A DNA stretch of 64,000 bases, taken from positions 82,652-146,651 of the forward strand of contig RHPI01000277.1 of NCBI GenBank assembly GCA_009103225.1, given 5' to 3'. The stretch is from Chlorokybus atmophyticus. Its lineage: Eukaryota > Plantae > Mesostigma and Chlorokybus algae. Positions 59,858 through 64,000 of the stretch are shown in pieces. The position numbers and the translations under genes were made by a program. The notes beneath the pieces are model-generated. The model ran no database searches, was not told where the DNA came from, and worked only from the letters and a program-made list of their open reading frames with translations. Position 1 is the stretch's first letter. Every line of letters starts with the position of its first letter.

Positions 59858-62763
59858 ATGGCGGCAGCGAGGAGGAGCGTATGTGTGCGGACGGCTTCGT
59901 CGTTGCCTGCACTCCTGCCTCTCGCTCTGCTGATGCTGGCTGCTGTTGGCTTCCTGCGAGGCGCAGGTGATGCTGTGTGTGCGCATTTTGCTTGACAGAC
60001 ACACAACCGCACGCTCATTACCGCGTAGTAGAGCATGACCAAGCGAATGCAACGCAATGCAAGACGAGTGAGTCGCATGTTGCCCCATCTGCTATGCGGG
60101 TCAAGTACATGTATGCTGCACACAGCAGTGACGTTGTCTTGTCTTGCAACACGTGTGACGCGTGATTTGAGTGTCACACCTTACCGATGAACGCGTCATG
60201 TGCTTGACCCTCCGCACAAGGCATATGGCACATGGATACGGTGCAGGCATGCACGCGCACGCACACAAACGCATGTGCAAGCTCGTTGTGTCACGCGCAT
60301 GTGCACGCACGCACGCACACACCCCACCTCATCCCAACCCCTTCCCAGCAGTATATGCGTGTGTGTAAGCGTGCATGCGTGCGCACGCGTGCACTTGTTC
60401 CGTTGTACACGCATACATGCGTGAGCCGCACACACACGTGCACGTGAGTGCGGCTGTGCACATGTGGTGTACTCAAACACACACGTGCCGATGCAGTGTG
60501 CCATGGGTTTGGGCATGACCATGGCGCTTACCCCGGCATGACGGACGGGCTGTACTCCAAAGTCATCGAACCCACACTTGACACGCACCACCTCGAAGGT
60601 AACGTGGGATTTGATTGCACGTACACGCACCGCGAACAAGACACGTCACTCGGTGCGCGTACATGTGCGTGCGTGCGTGCGTGCGTGCGTGCATACTTGT
60701 CGGTATATACAGATCTGCCTGGGTTTACGAGGAGCGTGTACGAGCGTGACCACGCCCTCATCACGCCCGAGAGCCGCGTCTTCGGCCCCCTCCACGGCTG
60801 GTACGACCACATACCCACTAGTTGTTATTGCTGCTAGTGTTGCTATAACCACCCCTGCTGGTTATGCCACACCAACAACAATCACAACAGGCGTAACGCG
60901 GACGTGGCGGTGTTGGTAACTCCCGCCATGGGCGCGCACTTCACCATGGCGCTCGCCAAACTCAGAGGTGAGCACAAGGAGTGAGTATGAGTAGTTACAA
61001 CCACTCGCTAAGTGCAACAATGGTCAAGGCACGACAACACGTGTCACATCTCGTTACCAAGTGCTGGTTGCGCGCAGGCAACGCCTCTCTCCCGGCGCCA
61101 TCCGAAGGCGTAGAAAGGTCACGCGCACGCACACACGCGCACGCACACGCACACGTGTGCATCACTCATCAGTCTCACACTGGTTCTCGGTTCTCAAGCA
61201 GGTTGGTGTTTGTGGTGGAGGGCACCATCGACGTGCACTCGGCCGACTCTTCTCTACACGAATTACAAGTGAGGAAGGAAGACAGCGGTTGCGTCGTGTG
61301 GGTATCACTCAACTGTTGTTGAGTGATACCATGGTGCGAGCGGAATGTGGCAATGATGTGTACTTCCCTCGTGCGGTAGGTTGATGGGTATGCTTACTTC
61401 CCACCCGGCCACAAGCACTCCGTCGAGTCCACGCACGGCGCTGGCATCCTCGTGTTCGAGAGAAAGTAGGTGGTGATTTGAGTATGTGTGTGTGCGCGCG
61501 CGTGTGTGCGTGCATATGTGTGCGTGTGTGTGCGTGTGTGTGCGTTGGTGGACGCAAGCACACACATACTCACACACGAGTACATACACGTGTGTACTAG
61601 ACTGCGCGCGTGTGTGCGTGCGTGCGAGTGCTTGGGCGGACGTGTGCACGCGTGTGTGCGTGTGTCTAGACTGATCACCTCTTCCTCTCTAGGTATGTTG
61701 GGTTGGCGGGTGTTGGGCAGCCGCGAGCCAAAATCGGCTACACCGACGACAACCCCGCACTCGAGACACCAGGAGAGGTGTGTTGCAAAACTGTTGGGTT
61801 GGGGCTTACAAGCGTATGCGTGTGGGCGTCTGTGAGCGTATGTACACATGTGCGTGTGCGTACATGAGTGGGAAACGTGCCTGAGTGAGCGAAGTCGACT
61901 TGCTTTTCCAGGTGTTTGGTTTGAAGAAGTTGTTGCCAACAACACCCGAGTACGACTTCAACATCCACGTGAGTGCGGGCGGGCGGTCACTTGTTGGCTT
62001 GTTGACGCTGAGACACGCGCTCCCGCGTGCACATGCCATCTGCATGATGCAATGCACGTGCTTGCAATGGACGTGTGTTGCAAGGCTGTCCTCCTCTGCA
62101 GGTGATGGACTTCCACCCGGGGGAGTACCTCATGGTTAAGGTGCGAGAGTGACACATTCCTCATCGCATGTGTATGTGTGTGTGCTTTGTAGCGTGCTTG
62201 TGCTCCATGTTATATGAAATGCTCTTGATGTCATTGTTCGTTGTGACACGCATGCACGCACGCACGCACGTGCGTGTGTATGCTATGTTTCGTTCCTCAT
62301 ACTCATGCTGTCCAGGAGCTGCACTACAACCAGCATGGCCTGGCGCTGCTGGAAGGCCGTGGCATATACCGCCTCGGTAGCAACTGGTACACACACACAC
62401 GCGCGCGCGCGCGCTCACATTGGCATGTTGGCTCTTCCTGCGGCAAAGTCACTATCAGCACATCGCTTGGTGTATTTGTAAACCAAAACAACATAACCCA
62501 CACGCACGCGCACGCGCCGGCAGGTACCCGGTGCAGGCGGGTGATGTCATCTGGATGGCGCCTTACGTCCCTCAGTGGTAACAGCATGTTGGTTCATGCC
62601 ATTACGCTTAGTACAATCCCGGTCGTGCGATGAGTTGAGAGCTCATGGTATGTGCTTTGTTACATTTTGTCCAATGTTCATGGACAGGTATGCGGCGTTG
62701 GGTTCGACGCGGTCGCGCTACCTTCTTTACAAGGATGTCAACAGGGACCCTCTGAGCCACTAA
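59858..62763 (+). CDS. UGLYAH: (S)-ureidoglycine aminohydrolase (bicupin, purine catabolism) with N-terminal signal peptide, 13 exons
   Basis: Exons 59858-59966, 60497-60598, 60713-60800, 60891-60967, 61078-61117, 61202-61268, 61380-61465, 61693-61777, 61912-61968, 62102-62140, 62316-62386, 62524-62577, 62688-62763. Product: hydrophobic leader (LPALLPLALLMLAAVGFL), DLPGFTRSVYERDHALITPES, TPAMGAHF, LVFVVEG, LETPGEVFGLKKLLP, YDFNIHVMDFHPGEYLMVKELHYNQHGLALLEGRGIYRLGSNWYPVQAGDVIWMAPYVPQWYAALGSTRSRYLLYKDVNRDPL; near-colinear with plant UGlyAH. Confidence 0.96.
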
Positions 62764-63171
62764 GTGGGTGAGGGAGATGTACAGATACAAGCAGGTGCTC
62801 GTGAAGCCATTGTGGTTGGGTGAATCCAGACATATATATACAGTTGAGGTGTTGTGTAGGCATGTGTGTGGCAGGAAACAAGTTGCTGGTTGTTGTGAAA
62901 ACGAGAGACGAGCAGTGCTTTCAGGAGAGTTATAGCAATAATGTTCGTAGGCAGTAATTAGCAGCAGTCAGTAGACGAAAGGCCGAGCGTGAAAGAGATC
63001 TGCAGCAGTGAAGTGTACAGTTCATCTTGTTTGACACTTCAGTATCGTATTGGTGACACAGAAGGTGTGAACTCATGTTGTGTTGTTGTTGTGCTCCGGG
63101 CACTTCGCAAGAGTCGACTACATCCGATGATGACAATCATGGGCAAGGATCAACATAAATGTATCTCATAC

Positions 63172-63885
63172 TCATACTTGAACTCGCACTAAGTCCACCA
63201 CCTCCAACACCTCCTCGATGGCATTCAGCGCGCGGACGAGCCAGCGGGGTAGGCGCTTCCCGACGGACGTGTGGCGGAGGAGCAGGCGGGATAGCAGCAG
63301 GAGGAGACGGCTGGCAGGGGGGTGTTGGTGTACGTTGTTTGTTCTATGTGTGCGTATGTGCGTGTGCGCATACATGCACACGGGCGCGCATGCATGCGTG
63401 TATGTGTGTAGGTGCACCGGTACACACACACAAGTGCGTGTGCGTGTGCAGTGCGTGCTCGTGTGTGTTTGCATGGGCGCACGTGTCAATGCACAAAAGC
63501 TTGCATGACCGCGCACGCATACACGCGAGCATGGGTACTCGTGCGCACATGAGGACATGCGTGTGCAGACCTACGCATGCGGGCACATCTGTGCGTGCAT
63601 GACCGACAAGCATAGGGTGTGCTTTGCACGTACCGTGAACTGTCGTTATGTTTTGTACCAACATCTCCCTCCTCCTCCTCCTCATCCACATTCTCGTCCT
63701 CATCCTCATCGCTGGGCACAGTCCTGAGGCACAGTATCAACAACATCAATGTTTGCATCCGTGTTGTGTTGTTGTTGCGCTGTCCCAGTGTGACCATCAG
63801 GCTGTTGTTGGCGGTGCATACCAGTCGTGTGTGTAGTACAGTCTGGCATTCTCCATCAACTGCTGCCTGCTTGCTGCATCCTGCT
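63172..63885 (-). CDS. 3' exons of an unidentified gene extending beyond the window
   Basis: Exon-like GC-rich blocks with AG/GT boundaries: TVPSDEDEDENVDEEEEEGDV (~63660-63725) and RLLLLLSRLLLRHTSVGKRLPRWLVRALNAIEEVLEVVDLVRVQV* (~63172-63310); possible further exon ~63840-63885. No family recognised. Confidence 0.45.
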
Positions 63886-63895
63886 CTGCATGCAG

Positions 63896-63898
<3 letters not shown>

Positions 63899-63981
<83 letters not shown>

Positions 63982-64000
63982 NGAGAGAGAGAGAGAGAGA
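63899..64000. repeat. (GA)n microsatellite (window edge)
   Basis: Direct observation. Confidence 0.95.

Overview
Eukaryotic nuclear DNA from a draft assembly (8 N-gaps, most flanked by G/C runs or (GA)n). Plant-type GyrA, PDAT, UGlyAH and mitochondrial bL17 sequences point to a green-lineage organism, probably an alga (inference). The window has two very different halves. (1) ~1-48 kb has no intact gene that I can find. It starts with a probable Raf-like/TKL kinase relic (minus strand), followed by an old, heavily diverged tandem array of a ~6-7 kb unit (7 near-full copies plus 1 truncated, ~2.3-47.8 kb). The unit looks like a decayed multi-exon LRR-type gene plus an AT-rich spacer. Individual copies carry private lesions: perfect fold-back palindromes (arms up to 25 bp) at indel junctions, two internal inversions, tandem duplications, a nested TA-flanked MITE pair, and three unrelated foreign inserts, one being an intron-containing fragment of organellar DNA gyrase A. 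Together these look like the record of a break-repair hotspot with templated insertion and ectopic gene-fragment capture (inference). A hairpin-dense island follows at ~47.95-48.53 kb. (2) 49-64 kb holds four intact intron-rich genes in two head-to-head pairs: TPR-like protein (-) / mitochondrial ribosomal protein bL17 (+), and PDAT (-) / ureidoglycine aminohydrolase (+), plus the 3' end of an unknown minus-strand gene. Exon phases were checked by hand and two GC-AG introns are required. Most ORFs in the supplied track are artefacts of microsatellites, gaps or intronic repeats. All alignments and translations were done by eye; no database search was possible.
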